Below, in pieces: positions 1 through 14,608 of a DNA stretch of 64,000 nucleotides. The notes beneath the pieces were generated by a model. It worked only from the letters and a program-made list of their open reading frames with translations, had not been told where the DNA came from and did not search any database. Made by a program: the position numbers and the translations under genes. Position 1 is the first letter of the stretch; every line of letters starts with the position of its first letter. Source of the stretch: Octopus vulgaris (lineage: Eukaryota); NCBI GenBank assembly GCA_951406725.2, contig OX597833.1:63984001-64048000 (forward strand), read 5' to 3'.

Positions 1-222
1 CCTTTCCATGTATCTATGGCTGGGAAGACCAGGATAGATATTCAAGATGGCGTACTTTAAAGCGGTATATAGCTTTAAAAACAGATATAGAAAGGCGGAG
101 ATATCCCCTGTCAATTGTGTACAACTGACCAGCTAAAAATACAAGCTGTAGTCGGGTTAGATCTTAAACAAGTTGTTTATAGCAGTGCTTGGAAGTAAAG
201 TGTGTAGAGTGTGGTCGTCTTA

Positions 223-927
223 AAAGAAGATCGGTTTTCAGCTAGGCAGGATCTCCTTGACTGTGTCGAGGAAGGGAAAAACTTTTTGAAAATGGTCATA
301 GGCGCAGGAGTGGCTGTGTGGTAAGTAGCTTGTTTACCAACCACATGGTTCCGGGTTCAGCTCCACTGCGTGGCATCTTGGGCAAGTGTCTTCTACTACA
401 GCCTCGGGCCGACCAATGCCTTGTGAGTGGATTTGGTAGACGGAAACTGAAAAAAGCCTGTCATGTATATGTATATGTATATATATATATGTATGTGTGT
501 GTGTATGTTTGTTTGTCTGTGTTTGTCCCCCTAGCATTGCTTGACAACCGATGGTAGTGTGTTTACGTCCCCGTAACCTAGCGGTTCGGCAAAAGAGACC
601 GATAGAATAAGTACTGGGCTTACAAAGAATAGGTCCCGGGGTCGATTTGCTCGACTAAAGGCGGTGCTCCAGCATGGCCGCAGTCAAATGACTGAAAGAA
701 TTAAAAGAGTAAAGAGTATAATAGGAGAGGAATCGTGGGTCTATGGCTATGACCCCGTAACCTAAGCAAAAATCAAATCCCACTTGAAAGGAATATGATT
801 TCAAAACGTCCAGGAAATTCAAAAGAATGCAACGGAAGAGCTGCTCAATAACCCCCAAAATGGAGTTCCAGGAAGGCTTCCATTAATGGGAGCGATGCTG
901 GATAAAGGGGACCACTTCAAAGATTAA
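223..927 (+). pseudogene. Degraded, internally deleted mariner transposase relic split by a SINE
   Basis: Hand translation: 223-300 KEDRFSARQDLLDCVEEGKNFLKMVI, then the SINE, then from 721 IGEESWVYGYDP (mariner ITGDETWVYGYDP motif), then the C-terminal HLKGI*FQNVQEIQKNATEELL..EFQEGFH*WERCWIK..GDHF, with stops and frameshifts. Confidence 0.85.
301..717 (+). mobile_element. Full-length tRNA-derived SINE, family A (internal TA/TG microsatellite)
   Basis: Head GGCGCAGGAGTGGCTGTGTGGTAAG..GGTTCAG (A/B-box-like), CORE-like CTTGGGCAAGT, tail GGCGGTGCTCCAGCATGGCCGCAGTCAAATGACTGAAA plus AAAGAGT repeats; more than 10 homologous copies in the window. Confidence 0.9.
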
Positions 928-943
928 ATGCTGAAATGATATA

Positions 944-1403
944 GATTTCTTTATTTCCCACAAGGGGCTAACACAGAGGGGACAAACAAGGACAGACAAA
1001 GGGACAAAAGGGATTAAGTCGATTATATATATATATTAAGTCGATTATATATATATATATATATTAAGTACCAGTGCGTAGCTGGTACTTAATTTATCGA
1101 CCCAGAAACGATGAAAGGCAAAGGCGACCTCGGCGGAATTTGAACTCAGAACGTAACGGCAGAAGAAATACCTATTTCTTTACTACCCACAAGTGACTAA
1201 ACACAGAGAGGACAAAAAAGGACAGACAAAGGGATTAAGTCGATTACATCGACCCTAGTGTGTAATTGGTACTTAATTTATCGACCCAGAAAGGATGAAA
1301 GGCAAAGTCGACCTCGGCGGAATTTGAACTCAGAACGTAACGGCAGACGAAATACCGCTATGCATTTCTCCCAGCGCGCTAACTTTTCTGCCAGCTCACC
1401 GCG
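944..1403 (-). mobile_element. SINE family B, head-to-tail dimer of a ~186 bp body with diverged TSD
   Basis: One head plus two bodies; flanks TTAAATGCTGAAATGATAT (924-942) and TTAAATACCGAAATGATAT (1404-1422). Confidence 0.85.
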
Positions 1404-2134
1404 TTAAATACCGAAATGATATGTGTTGTAGTTGTCTTGTTGTATCTCCAGTTCCAAAACATTCTGACCAGACCTTGTATTGGCTATTAGGTCCTTGATT
1501 AGAGCTGTCGTAGATGGAGATACTCTCGTTACTTTAAAGGTTCTTAACAGTGCTAATATCTTGTATAATGATCTAGTTCAGCATTCATATTGGCTATCGT
1601 TAGTTTGATGGGCTTAATTATATTTGCGCCAAACGGCTGCTCAAGTTTACCGAGAAATAATGTCAGTACAAGCTGCGAAGAGGCAAATAAAGCTTGAGGA
1701 ACAGCCTCAAATCTATATTGCTTGGAGAATGCGAAGCTGCAAGCCTGGAAACTTTATGTTCTATGATTGAGAATATGGAAAGTGTAATTAGGCAGAGGCG
1801 CTGGGAAGTCTGGTTCCTCAAAGAACGCGAGTAGTGAAACAGTTACAATCAAGTACAGATTTTAATAAGCCATCTGCTCACATCAAACCGAACATTCTGT
1901 AACAGATCTCTTTAATGAGATAAGAAATATAGAATTTCAGTACTGTACCAATCTCTCCAAAAGATTCTGAACAACTTCTAGAAACCCGTTTAACCATCTC
2001 CAAACATTTACGTTCTTGCATCACATAGTTATACATCACATAGCACAAAAGGTCTGGAGTAAAGAGCTTGCAAGAATTTAAAACTGGTGAACCAAATCAC
2101 AACATTTTTAACTACAGTTATAAGAGATCTCGAC

Positions 2135-2240
2135 ACAGGTCGCGGTTTCAAAGCGACGAAAATATTTTGACAAATTAAGTTTAAACGTTGAAGTAAATCT
2201 AACGGTTTTTGTGTGTTTTCAAATGGCTTATAAACATATA
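2135..2240. repeat. Unclassified interspersed repeat, homologous to ~26466-26570
   Basis: ACAGGTCGCGGTTTCAAAGCGACGAAAATATTTTGAC..AACGGTTTTTGTGTGTTT..TTATAAACA recurs at ~26466. Confidence 0.7.
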
Positions 2241-2269
2241 TATACAACCTGCAATTGTATATATATATA

Positions 2270-2960
<691 letters not shown>

Positions 2961-3828
2961 AAAAATTGCAACTACATTATCCAAGATGTCCTTTATTATC
3001 AGAATGACAGCGGCACGGTGGCATTTGAGGGAGATTTGACTGACATTTCTAGCAGACCTAGTCAACCACATCAGCGCCATCCTTCACCTTGAACCGCGAA
3101 ATTGAAGGGAAATTTGGCGCGGAAAGGGACGGCAGCATTTCGAGTCGGAACCGATAATTGAGAGATTCAAAGAGGCTGAAGAATGCCACGGAAGGAACAG
3201 GTTGAGGAAATTTGCTACTTCAACCACTGACCCCCCCATCAATAATTAATAAAGAGTTGGTGACGTCAATGGGGGGGGGGAGAACAAAGGGATCATTGAT
3301 GATGATGGTGATGATGATGATGTTGATGATGATGTAGTGGTGATGGTGATGATGATAACGATGACGATGCTGGTGCATGTAATGAGGATGCTGATAACGA
3401 CTAGGATAATGTTGGAGACGATGATCACGCTGCCTCCGTTGCCGCCGCCGCCGCCACCGCCGCCGCCCACGACGACGACGACGACGACGATGAGGACGAT
3501 ACTGTTAACGACTGTGATGAGGGTGTTGCTGATGGTTTTGATAAGGATGATGAGGATGATGATGATGCTGATGATGATTGTCTGTAGTCTAGATGCAACT
3601 TATGATTATGCCGAGAACAAGAATTTTCATAATGTGAAAAATATGACGAGATGGGGGGAGGGGGGGCGTAAAGGCGCGAGAGGGGCGTGAAGGCGGGGGG
3701 GGGGGCTGCAGTGTCGGAGGTGGGGCGGAGGTGGTGGTCTTGTGGAGACGGTGATGGTGACGATGATTGTTTCAACAATAGGACAATTTGTCCTTCTGAA
3801 TTCAAACTATATGTATCTGTGTGTGCGT

Positions 3829-3870
<42 letters not shown>

Positions 3871-4121
3871 TTATATATATAGATATATATGTATATATTT
3901 ACATATATATATATACTTATATATTTACAAATATATATATATATATATATATGTACTTTATATATATGTATATACATATATGATATATACCTAGGTATAT
4001 ATAAACATATATATACATCTATAAACATATATAAGACATATATAGATATAAACATACACACTCATTCATATACATATATATACATATATATGTATATATA
4101 TAAATATATATCTATATATGG

Positions 4122-4212
<91 letters not shown>

Positions 4213-4244
4213 ATCTATCTATCTATATATATATATATATGTAC

Positions 4245-4308
<64 letters not shown>

Positions 4309-4552
4309 ATGTATGTATGTATGTATAGCACGCAATTACACCCACAGATACACACGTGCACATATTTGATTCCTCACTTCCACCCCGAAACATATCACGG
4401 ACTCACACATGTAAGCCCTACCCTTGTAAAAAAAAACAAAGAAACAAAACAAAAAAACAAATGGAACAAAGAAACAAAATAAAAATATTAGATTAGATGA
4501 AATCGTGCTGGTATGTGAAGGAAAACATAAGTAACAAAATAGAAAAAGCAAA

Positions 4553-4573
4553 ATAATAATAATAATAATAATA

Positions 4574-4619
<46 letters not shown>

Positions 4620-4650
4620 TAATAGTAATAATAATAATAATAATAATCAC

Positions 4651-4709
<59 letters not shown>

Positions 4710-4735
4710 TAATGATAGTAATAATAAATAAATGA
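4553..4735. repeat. (AAT)n microsatellite
   Basis: Direct reading. Confidence 0.95.
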
Positions 4736-5320
4736 ATAAAATGTAAAATAACAAAAACTCAAATAGCGAATTATTATTTCATTCAACTTATTTTTAAACA
4801 GACTTTTCTATTCACAAACAAATTTGAAATGTTTGTCGCTCGTTGTTGAAATGTCACCAGTTAATTTTAAGTGTATATCGCATCATATTTTCCAAAAATA
4901 AAAAATATAAATATATATATATATATATATAGGCGTTTTTTGTATTGTGAATGCGTTTGAGGGAGTGTTGGCTTCTCTGGTTCCCTAATCTGAATGCATT
5001 CCTAATTAAATACATTGCCAGCGTGTTGAGATTCATTTTTGAAATCGGTTATCTTTAATCTGTTTTCCTTTATTCGTTTCTGTCAATGGACTGCGGCCAT
5101 GCTGGAGTAGCGCCTCTGTATGGGGGTTCAGTTGAACAAATTGACTCTCTATATAGGGTTGTTGGAATGGTTGTGTGGTAAGACGATTGTTTCCTGAACA
5201 TGTAGATCCGTGTTCAGTCCCTTCGCGTGGATGTGTCTTTGGCAAGCGTCTTCTATTATAGCCCCGGGTTGACCAACGCCTTACGAGTGGACTTAGTTGA
5301 TGGCAACTGAAAGGAGCCCG

Positions 5321-5372
<52 letters not shown>

Positions 5373-5546
5373 GTGTATATTTAAAGGGCTAAAAAACAAC
5401 TAGGTGGTCAGCCGTGTGCTAGAAGTAGATCACCTACGATCAAACTAAAAGGAAAAGGATGATCTCTAGAGGAAAATTCAGCGGACACCAGAACAATATG
5501 CGGGCAAGACAGATGAAAATTATATAAAAAAAAAAAACAGAATTAC

Positions 5547-5621
5547 TCACAGACCGGTGGTTTCGTCTATTAACGAATGAATCACTTATGTAATCTCTCG
5601 TCCGTAGGCTCGTCAGTGCGA
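5547..5621 (-). ncRNA. Type I hammerhead ribozyme with intact core and long stem II
   Basis: Minus strand: ucgca CUGACGA gccuac..(hairpin)..uagac GAAA ccaccgg UC^ uguga. Stem I ucgca/uguga, stem III ACC/GGU, GUC cleavage triplet. Confidence 0.75.
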
Positions 5622-5789
5622 TCGTTCCACAGGTAATGTAATTTGTAAAATTAACCACTATTTTCCGCATAAAAACAGACACGTGCTCAGTTTCACCGAT
5701 TACATTGGGGTTCATTTCAAATATCTTAGTTCTGGCGCGCTAAAATTCCGGAAACAAAATCTGCAGTTAATATTATTTATATATATATA

Positions 5790-6160
5790 TCTCTATATAT
5801 AAACGGCAGTTTGTCTGTGTGTGTTTCTGTGTGTCTGTTAGGTTGTACCCCTCACCCTGACCACGGCTTTCAACCGATTCTGATGAAACTTGACACACAC
5901 ATAGCCCAATGTCATAATTCAAAACTAACGCAGCGAAAATTTTGAAAAGTTCCCCCAGTTCTGAAAAAAATCGATAAATTCGACATGGGGTCGAGAATCA
6001 GAAACACAAACCACAGACTGTCTAGGGGACGCAACACGACCTTTTTAACTAAAAAAAAAAATTTACCATCATTTTTTTCCCATTTTTTGGCTATAACTCT
6101 CTAAAAATGCTTTATAGTTATTTCCCTTACAAACCCGAGCAACGCCGGGCGATACTGCTA

Positions 6161-6161
<1 letters not shown>
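5790..6161 (+). mobile_element. Non-autonomous Helitron
   Basis: Starts a|TCTCTATATAT, has the subterminal hairpin CCCGAGCAACGCCGGG (6134-6149), ends CTAG|t, and sits between A and T of an (AT)n tract. Confidence 0.85.
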
Positions 6162-6201
<40 letters not shown>

Positions 6202-6216
6202 AATGTTTTTCGATCG

Positions 6217-6286
<70 letters not shown>

Positions 6287-7269
6287 GTACCTATCTATAT
6301 ATCTATCTGTGTTTCTGCACACACACACACACACACACACACAGACATACACACACAGACATACACACTTGTTATTTAAGATTTGTGAATCTTGACTTGC
6401 CGATCAACCAATAAATAATATAAGAACCTCTGAATATTTTCTGTCCAATACTCCTTTACCCAATATTTACAACGTAGTTTTTAGAGTTTTCCCGCCAGCT
6501 TCGAGATTCACTGTTCCACAAAATACTTAACGCTTCCCCAAAACGTCTCAACCCTTACAAAGTCAACCCTTACATATATATATATAAACACATACACACA
6601 GTCGCGCGCATGCACACATACACACACCAACACACATATATATATATACGACGGGCTTCTTTCTGGCTATGTCCACAAATCCATTCCTAAGCCTGAGGTG
6701 ATAGTTACAAGACACCCAAGCCACCACGCACTAGGACTGAACTCGGAACCACACGATTGGAAACGAAAGCTTCTTACCACGCAGCCACGCCCGTGATCGG
6801 GTCTAATATACAACAAATCGATAGCGTTCAATATCAATATCTTCACTGCACTAACCGCTTCTACATTATATCAAGAACTGGTGTCCGCCATCTGGAATTT
6901 TCCGGTCCAGTGGATGTTTGAGATGAAAGACGTGTAGACAAATTTGAACATGGCGATACATTTTGACAAGTATTTATACTGGATATCTGTTTGAAATCTG
7001 ATATAATTGATAATGATTATCTCTCGCAATGTATAGAATTCGAAAATCCTCTTGCTGCTTCTTGGAGTCTTCGTGAAATGTCAAAGTAATTACCATCGCG
7101 ATTATTATTGCATAAGGAACGTACAAGAGCGAAGATACTGCCCTTGTCACATTTCCATACATGCGCTCTCTCTACCGAAGCTGGACTCAGTATTACGGTT
7201 AGAATCTAAATATTGTATGAAGTAGTTGGACATTGACTGTATATTTCTATCTAAAAGCAACGAAAACGA

Positions 7270-7490
<221 letters not shown>

Positions 7491-7494
7491 ATTT

Positions 7495-7700
7495 TTTCTT
7501 CTCTTGGCACATGGCCCGAAATATTTGGTGAGGGTGCCAATTGATTAGATCGACCCCAGTACGCAACTGGTTCTTAATTTATCGACCTCGAAGGGATGAA
7601 AGGCAAAGTCGACCTCGGCGGAATTTGAACTCAGAACGTAAAGACAGACGAAATACTGGTAAGCATTTCGCCCGACGTGCTGAACGTTTCTGCCAGCTCG
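7495..7700 (-). mobile_element. SINE family B monomer
   Basis: GATGAAAGGCAAAGTCGACCTCGGCGGAATTTGAACTCAGAACG core plus head. Confidence 0.8.
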
Positions 7701-7715
7701 AATAATAATAATGAC

Positions 7716-7775
<60 letters not shown>

Positions 7776-7789
7776 TATAATAATAATAA

Positions 7790-8330
7790 ATGCCCTGAGC
7801 AGTACCAGGCAGTAGCTCTCATGGCTTCTGATCTTAACTGATTGGAAGTGTTATCATGTACATTGTTTTGTCTTGGTATAAAAGATGGGCTACAGCAAAT
7901 ATTCTGCTCAATACCACAGATTTGCTTGTCAGTTGTTTGACCTTAACCAGTTGAGCATGTCCCTTAGTGGCTGACGATATGTGCATCTCTGATCACGAGC
8001 AGAAGTAGTGGGGGAGCATCATAGCCATGTGTTGAGAGGGATTCTTTGAGGTTTGGATAATTCACCTCTGGAAACATGGGTGTTTCGTTCAACATCCTTA
8101 AACAACCCTTATTTAGGGATAGGTTACTCGACCAGAAGAACATACTAACTGGGCCCCACCTCTAAGGTCATGCGCTGTTTATCTTGATATGAAATCACCA
8201 TGTTGCGCACATATGGTTGTGATGCATGTGCCTGGTGTACCCTTATCAGACAGGTAGTCATGATGGGTATATTGGGCTTCGTATATTTTACCCCAGTGTC
8301 ACTTTGATGGCATGCACTGCTCTCTCACTC
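7790..8330. mobile_element. Unclassified ~540 bp element inserted cleanly into (AAT)n
   Basis: Complex sequence bounded on both sides by AATAAT runs; no recognisable ORF or TIR. Confidence 0.55.
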
Positions 8331-8379
8331 AATAATAATAATAATAATAATAGTAATAATAATAATGATAACAATAATA

Positions 8380-8380
8380 A

Positions 8381-8411
<31 letters not shown>

Positions 8412-8690
8412 AAAAAGGAAAAAATAAGTAGAAGAAGAAGTAGATATGAAGAAGAAGAAGAAGAAGAAGAAGTAGAAGAAGAAGAAGAAGAAAAAAAAAG
8501 AAGAAGAAGAAGAAGAAGAAGAAGCAGAAGAAGAAGAAGAAGAAGAAGAAGAAGAAGAAGAAGAAGAAGAAGAAGAAGATGGAAGAAGGCAAAAGAAGAA
8601 TGCAAAGGAAAAGAAAGTAAAGAAAGAAGGAAGAAGGCGAAGAAGAAGAAAGAAGAAGAAGGAGAAGAAAAAGAAGAAGCTGAAGAAATA
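8380..8690. repeat. (GAA)n microsatellite
   Basis: Direct reading. Confidence 0.95.
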
Positions 8691-9232
8691 TAACCTAACC
8701 AGAAAGATGAAGAGATTGTGGAAGACAAAGCCGGCGTTTATTGCTGTGGTAATTGGTGTGCATGGCACAACACTGTATCTGCTATCAGCGTTCAGAATAT
8801 GTAACGGGCACTTGCTCGAATAAAACCGTTGCAAAGTGGTGCCACCTTGTGGCCGCAGTCCAATAATTGAAACAAGGAAAAGTGAGAAGAGGAATGGTAT
8901 TTTATCAGTTGCAGTTTACTTTCCACCAGAAACGCACGCATGCATATATGTGTGTGTGTGTGCGCGCGCGCGCGTGTGTGTGTGTGAGTGTGTGTGTGAG
9001 TGTATATATCTGTGTGTACGTGTACACATGTATATATATACATGTATATATATATACATATATTTATGTGCTTATATATATGTATATGTATATATATGTA
9101 TGTGCGTCTATATATATATGTATAAATATATACATACATATATATATATATATACATACACACATATATGTTGACATATATGTGTGTATGTATACACACA
9201 CATACACTCATATATATATGTGTGTGTGTGTA

Positions 9233-9290
<58 letters not shown>

Positions 9291-9940
9291 TATATATATA
9301 TCAGCATATGTATATGTGTATATACACAGTTATATCTATCATCTTTTAAGAAATACAAACCACCGCCTAACGATGTTGTGACTTCGTTTAGAGTAAACAC
9401 ACTCACATATACATACATACATACATACATACGTACATGCATATATGTGTGTGTGTTCATATACATATATATATTATATATGTGTTTGTGTATATATACT
9501 TATGTATATATTTGTATGTATATGTTTGACTGTATTCATGTCTAATTGCACGAGCAAAAAATGATACTCATAATATAAAACATGAGACTTTTTCACGGAT
9601 GAACATACGGAGTGGGTGTATATTAAATAAACATGCTGTCTCTATGGCTTATCTGTGTAACTTGCGAAAAAGAGCGGAGAACAAGTACGAGCTTTTAAAA
9701 TCCGATATGCCGGAACATTGATAACCGTAGCAAGCATATCTCTTTCTGTTTCAGCGCTCTCTACTTGAATATCCAATAAACAGCACGTGTCTAAACGTTG
9801 TTAGGTTTCTCCAGTTGCTAGAGACACGCCTACGCCGAGGCACTGCAGCTGCTCTGGAGACATATATCTGTAACATTATGAGCTAATAGACAGGGTCAAT
9901 TGAACAGCATTATAGGGTTCCAGGCAGATCGGTGCATCAA

Positions 9941-10233
9941 GTGGAGGCACATGGCCTAGTGGTTAACGCAGCGGACTCGAGGTCGAGGGATCGTGGGTTC
10001 GAATCTCAGACCGGGCGATGTGTGTGTTTATGAGCGAAACACCGAAGCTCCACGCGGCGGAAAGTAATGGCGAACTTCTGCTGACTCTTTTTGCCACAAC
10101 TTTCTCTCACTCTTTCCTCCTGCATCTTGCAGCTCACCTGCGACGGACCGGCGTCCCGTCCAGGTGGGGAACCTATACGCCAAGAAACCGGGAAACAGGC
10201 CCTTATGAGCCAGGCATGGCTAGAGAAGGAATA
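9941..10233 (+). mobile_element. tRNA-derived SINE family C (head H1 + tail T1) with TSD
   Basis: TGGCCTAGTGG A-box and GGTTCGAATCTC B-box; TSD GTGCATCAAG at 9932-9941 and 10234-10243. Confidence 0.85.
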
Positions 10234-10677
10234 GTGCATCAAGCCCTATCGCATTTATTTATTGATTGCAAACCACAGCATACATAGAGTAGGATTGGGC
10301 CCAAAGACTCGTGAGGCCCCCGGGTAAATATCCAGTGTGCCCATACTTCAAGACCTCATTGCTGATAGAGAAGTATGTGACTTGTGATTTTGCAATGTCT
10401 GCACAAAAGAACTCTAGTACTGAAGAGTGAATTTAGCTCTTAACATTTTTCAATTCACTAAAGGTGGCGGGCTGGCAGAATCGTTAGCACGCCGGGCAAA
10501 ATCCATAATGGTATATCGTCTGTCTTCATGTTCTGAGTTCAAATTCCGCCGAGGTCGACTTCACCTTTCATCCTTTCGGGGTCGATAAATTAAGTACCAG
10601 TTATATAAACCTACCCAGACAACCCAAGTTCACCGCAGAAACAAACAGTCAAATTGCCCAGGAAAAAATAAATTGTA

Positions 10678-10988
10678 TACTCTTTTACTCGTTTCAGTCA
10701 TTTGACTGCGGCCATGCTGGAGCACCGCCTTTAGTCGAGCAACTCGACCCCAGGACTTATTCTTTTGTAAGCCCAGTACTTATTCTATCGGTCTCTTTTG
10801 CCGAACCGTTAAGTAACGGTGACGTAAACATACCAGCATCGGTTGTCAAGTAATGCTAGGGAGACAAACACAGAAACACACACGCATATATATATACATA
10901 TATACGACGGGCTTCTTTCAGTTTCCGTCTACCAAATCCACTCACAAGGCTTTGGTCGGCCCGAGGCTATAGTAGAAGACACTTGTCA
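10678..10988 (-). mobile_element. 5'-truncated SINE family A with 19 bp TSD
   Basis: TSD TGCCCAGGAAAAAATAAAT at 10655-10673 and 10992-11010. Confidence 0.85.
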
Positions 10989-11307
10989 AAATGCCCAGGA
11001 AAAAATAAATGGTGTACGTACAAACACGTACAAAAAGTATGGCGATAGAAAGAAAATGACCAAATTCAAATCGTTAATTAGAGCAAAATTACCTGGGGAG
11101 CTTTACACAGAAAATACAAACGGCATAGTAATAGACCAAGAGAGGCATGGAAAATTAAAAGAATGGTTTGGAACCAACATAGACCCATTGGGAGTAGAGG
11201 TAGAGTTCGACGCCCTGCCGCCTGTTGTAGATTATGTAGATTCGAAGCCATGCATGAAAATGTAAAGCGTGAGTAAGCTTTTAAAATTTTGTTGGAGACT
11301 ACACATA

Positions 11308-11478
11308 GGCGCAGGAGTGGCTGTGTGGTAAGTAGCTTGCTAACCAACCACATGGTTCCGGGTTCAGTCCCACTGCGTGGCATCTTGGACAAATGTCTTC
11401 TGCTATAGCCCCGGGCCGACCAATGCCTTGTGAGTGGATTTTGTAGACAGAAACTGAGAGAAGCCTGTCGTATATATG

Positions 11479-11551
<73 letters not shown>

Positions 11552-11773
11552 TTGTGTATGTATTTGCGTGTCTGTGTTTGTCTCCCTAGCATTGCTTGAC
11601 AACCGATGCTGGTGTCTTTACGTCCCCGTCACCTAGCGGTTCGGCAACAGACCCCGATAGAATAAGTACTGGGCTTACAAAGAATAAGTCCCGGGGTCGA
11701 TTTGCTCGACTAAAGGCGGTGCTCCAGCATGGCCGCAGTCAAATGACTGAAACAAGTAAAAGAGTAAAAGAGT
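11308..11773 (+). mobile_element. Full-length SINE family A
   Basis: Closely similar to 301-717. Confidence 0.9.
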
Positions 11774-12043
11774 ATATGATGCTAAAAAGGGGGGAAAATA
11801 GAAGAAAAATGATATAAAAACAGTTATATGGTACTGCTTGAGAGTGGGGTTCAAGTAGCCATTAAATCCTCATTAATTATTATCCATCTCTCATTCATTT
11901 GATTTATGCTTTTTGTCCCCACTGTGGTGTTCTGTCTGTCCTTGTGCCGTCCCCCTCTGTGTCATGAACTGTGTGCCAAATAAAGAAAAATGTTCGGACG
12001 GTGGCGAGGTTAATACAAAGACACGCGCATCCACACTATTTCC

Positions 12044-12645
12044 TTATTTCTTTACTGCATAGAAGGGGCTACACACAGAGGTGACAAACAAGCACACACA
12101 AAGGGATTAAGTCGATTACATCGACCCTAGTACGTAACTGGTACTTAATTTATCGACCTCGAAAGGATGAAAGGCAAAGTCGACCTCGGCAGAATTTGAA
12201 CTCAGAACGTAACAGCAGACGAAATACCTATTTCTTTACTACCCACAAGGGACTAAGCACAGAGAGGACAAACACGGACAGACAAACGGATTAAGTCAAT
12301 TATATCGACCCCAGTGCGTAACTGGTACTTATTTAATCGACCCCGAAAGGATGAAAGGCAAAGTCGACCTCGGCGGAATTTGAAATCAGAACGTAACAGC
12401 AGACGAAATACCTATTTCTTTACTACCCACAAGGGGCTAAGCACAGAGAGGACAAACAAGGACAGACATACGGATTAAGTCGATTATATCGACCCCAGTG
12501 CGTAACTGGTACTTAATTTATCGACCTCGAAAGGATGAAAGGCAAAGTCGACCTCGGCGGAATTTGAACTCAGAACGTAAAGGCAGACGAAATACCGCTA
12601 AGTATTTCGCCCGGCGTGCTAACGATTCTGCCAACTCGCCGCTTT
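12044..12645 (-). mobile_element. SINE family B trimer (one head plus three ~186 bp bodies)
   Basis: Junction GACGAAATAC|CTATTTCTTTACTACCCAC occurs twice. Confidence 0.88.
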
Positions 12646-13762
12646 TATTTCCATTAATCTACTCAGGGCTAAATTAATAGAAAATTACTCAAGTTGCCGC
12701 ACAGTGGGTCTGAACCCGTGACCACATGGTTTGAAAGCCATGTCATACATGCTTAACCACACAACCATGTCTGTGCTTATATTTCAGTCTTATGTGTGGT
12801 TATGAGCTTTTGTGTATGAATGTATATTTGCTTAAATATTTATAGGGACACAGAAACATTCACAACGAATGTGTTAGAAAGAGAGGGACGGAGAGAAAAA
12901 CAGAGAGATAGAGAGAAAGATATATAGTGGTACACATATAAAGAGAGGGAGTGAAAGGGAGTGAGAAGTAGGAGACAATTCCAACATGGTGGCAATAAAA
13001 ACGACAAAGTGCTCTGCTGTCCAATACACTATAAAATCGATTTCATTTCTTTGGAAGCTGGTAATGAAACCATTGAGGTATATTCTGTCACTAGATTTAA
13101 TATAACTAGCAACGTCGTGCATTTGACACGGAATCGCATTGGCAGGCTAGAATAGACGAAGATGCATGTTGGTTTGCCGTGTGATAACTATAGTGGTGTT
13201 GTGTTTCTGGCAGAACAGTTGGTATCAGCAGGGAGACTACAGTTTCCCCGCTAGAGACTCCAATAAGACTGGCATTCTTATGCGTCAGCACGACTTATAT
13301 CATGCAGTGCATCCGATATAAAAGAGCACATTTCATTAAGTGTACTACACACACACATACACACACACACACACGCACGCACACACACAGATGTTTAAGA
13401 GAAGGCGCGTAGCGCGGTGGTTAGTGAACGTGCGAAACTCACGGTCGCTAGTTCGATGGTTCGATTCACGGACCGGGTGGCGGGTTGTGTTCTTGAGACA
13501 AACACTTCATGTCAGGCTGCTCTGTGTTGGGGAAGGAGTGGCAGAATGCTGGAGAATGTTTCGTGGTATATACTTAGGTTCGGGCTCTCTAGTCTCAGAG
13601 TTCAAAACCCACCTGTCCGGAAAAGGCAAGAAGCAACCACACCACGAATTGAGTTCATCGAGCCGATGTTCCAGTAACCTATAAAGGGTGGCGCATAGAG
13701 AATATTAGAGAAGGTTCACATGCACAGGATATCTCCAAGGGCAGATCACCACTATGTGTGTG

Positions 13763-13830
<68 letters not shown>

Positions 13831-14302
13831 ATATATATGATCAGCTACGCCCATTAGGACTTACTGTATTCACTTTGCGCAACCCCACTAAATTCGTTCG
13901 AAGCTCTTTCTGTTGTATTTGTGGAATATCTATAATAATAATTATTTTTCTTCTGTTGTATATAACCGTAAGGCTTTGCGATGTTATATATGCATAATTC
14001 TTGGTCTGTTGTATTTATCTAATGTCTTGTTTATTTCTGCCTCAGTATAAATTTCCTAGCTTTTCCCCAGTAGCTTAATAACGGCTCTGTTGACTCCAAG
14101 AATGAGTGAGTTGGCTCAATGATAATGGCGTGAAACTACAATGTTATTTTGGCTCTTTGACTGACAAAGAAAACTCAGCTGCGAATATTCCATGTATTGT
14201 GTCTTTGTATATATTCCCCGTCCGTTAATCTTTCGGTTAGTTTCCCGTTTGCTCTGCATTCGTCCAACACACTTTCTCCTTGTGTTCTGTCTGTTCAACA
14301 CT

Positions 14303-14340
<38 letters not shown>

Positions 14341-14497
14341 GTAAATGTCATATGTGACAATTATTCGGTAGCCATGATAAATAATTGCCACATATTACAT
14401 TTACAGATAAATTTCTCTATTCACATAATATCGAGGTCTCTTTCATTCTTTTGTTGTCTTACCATATCTATCTATCTATCTATCTATTTATCTATCT

Positions 14498-14608
<111 letters not shown>

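Noticed and set aside
1430-2030. Unique-looking stretch as a possible exon
   Set aside because: No sustained ORF or recognisable motif
5875-5895. CTGATGAAAC as a hammerhead core
   Set aside because: No supporting stems; it is internal Helitron sequence
12044-12645. Tandem arrays as CRISPR or as hammerhead retrozymes
   Set aside because: No unique spacers, eukaryotic context, and no CUGANGA/GAAA hammerhead arrangement found on either strand of the 186 bp unit
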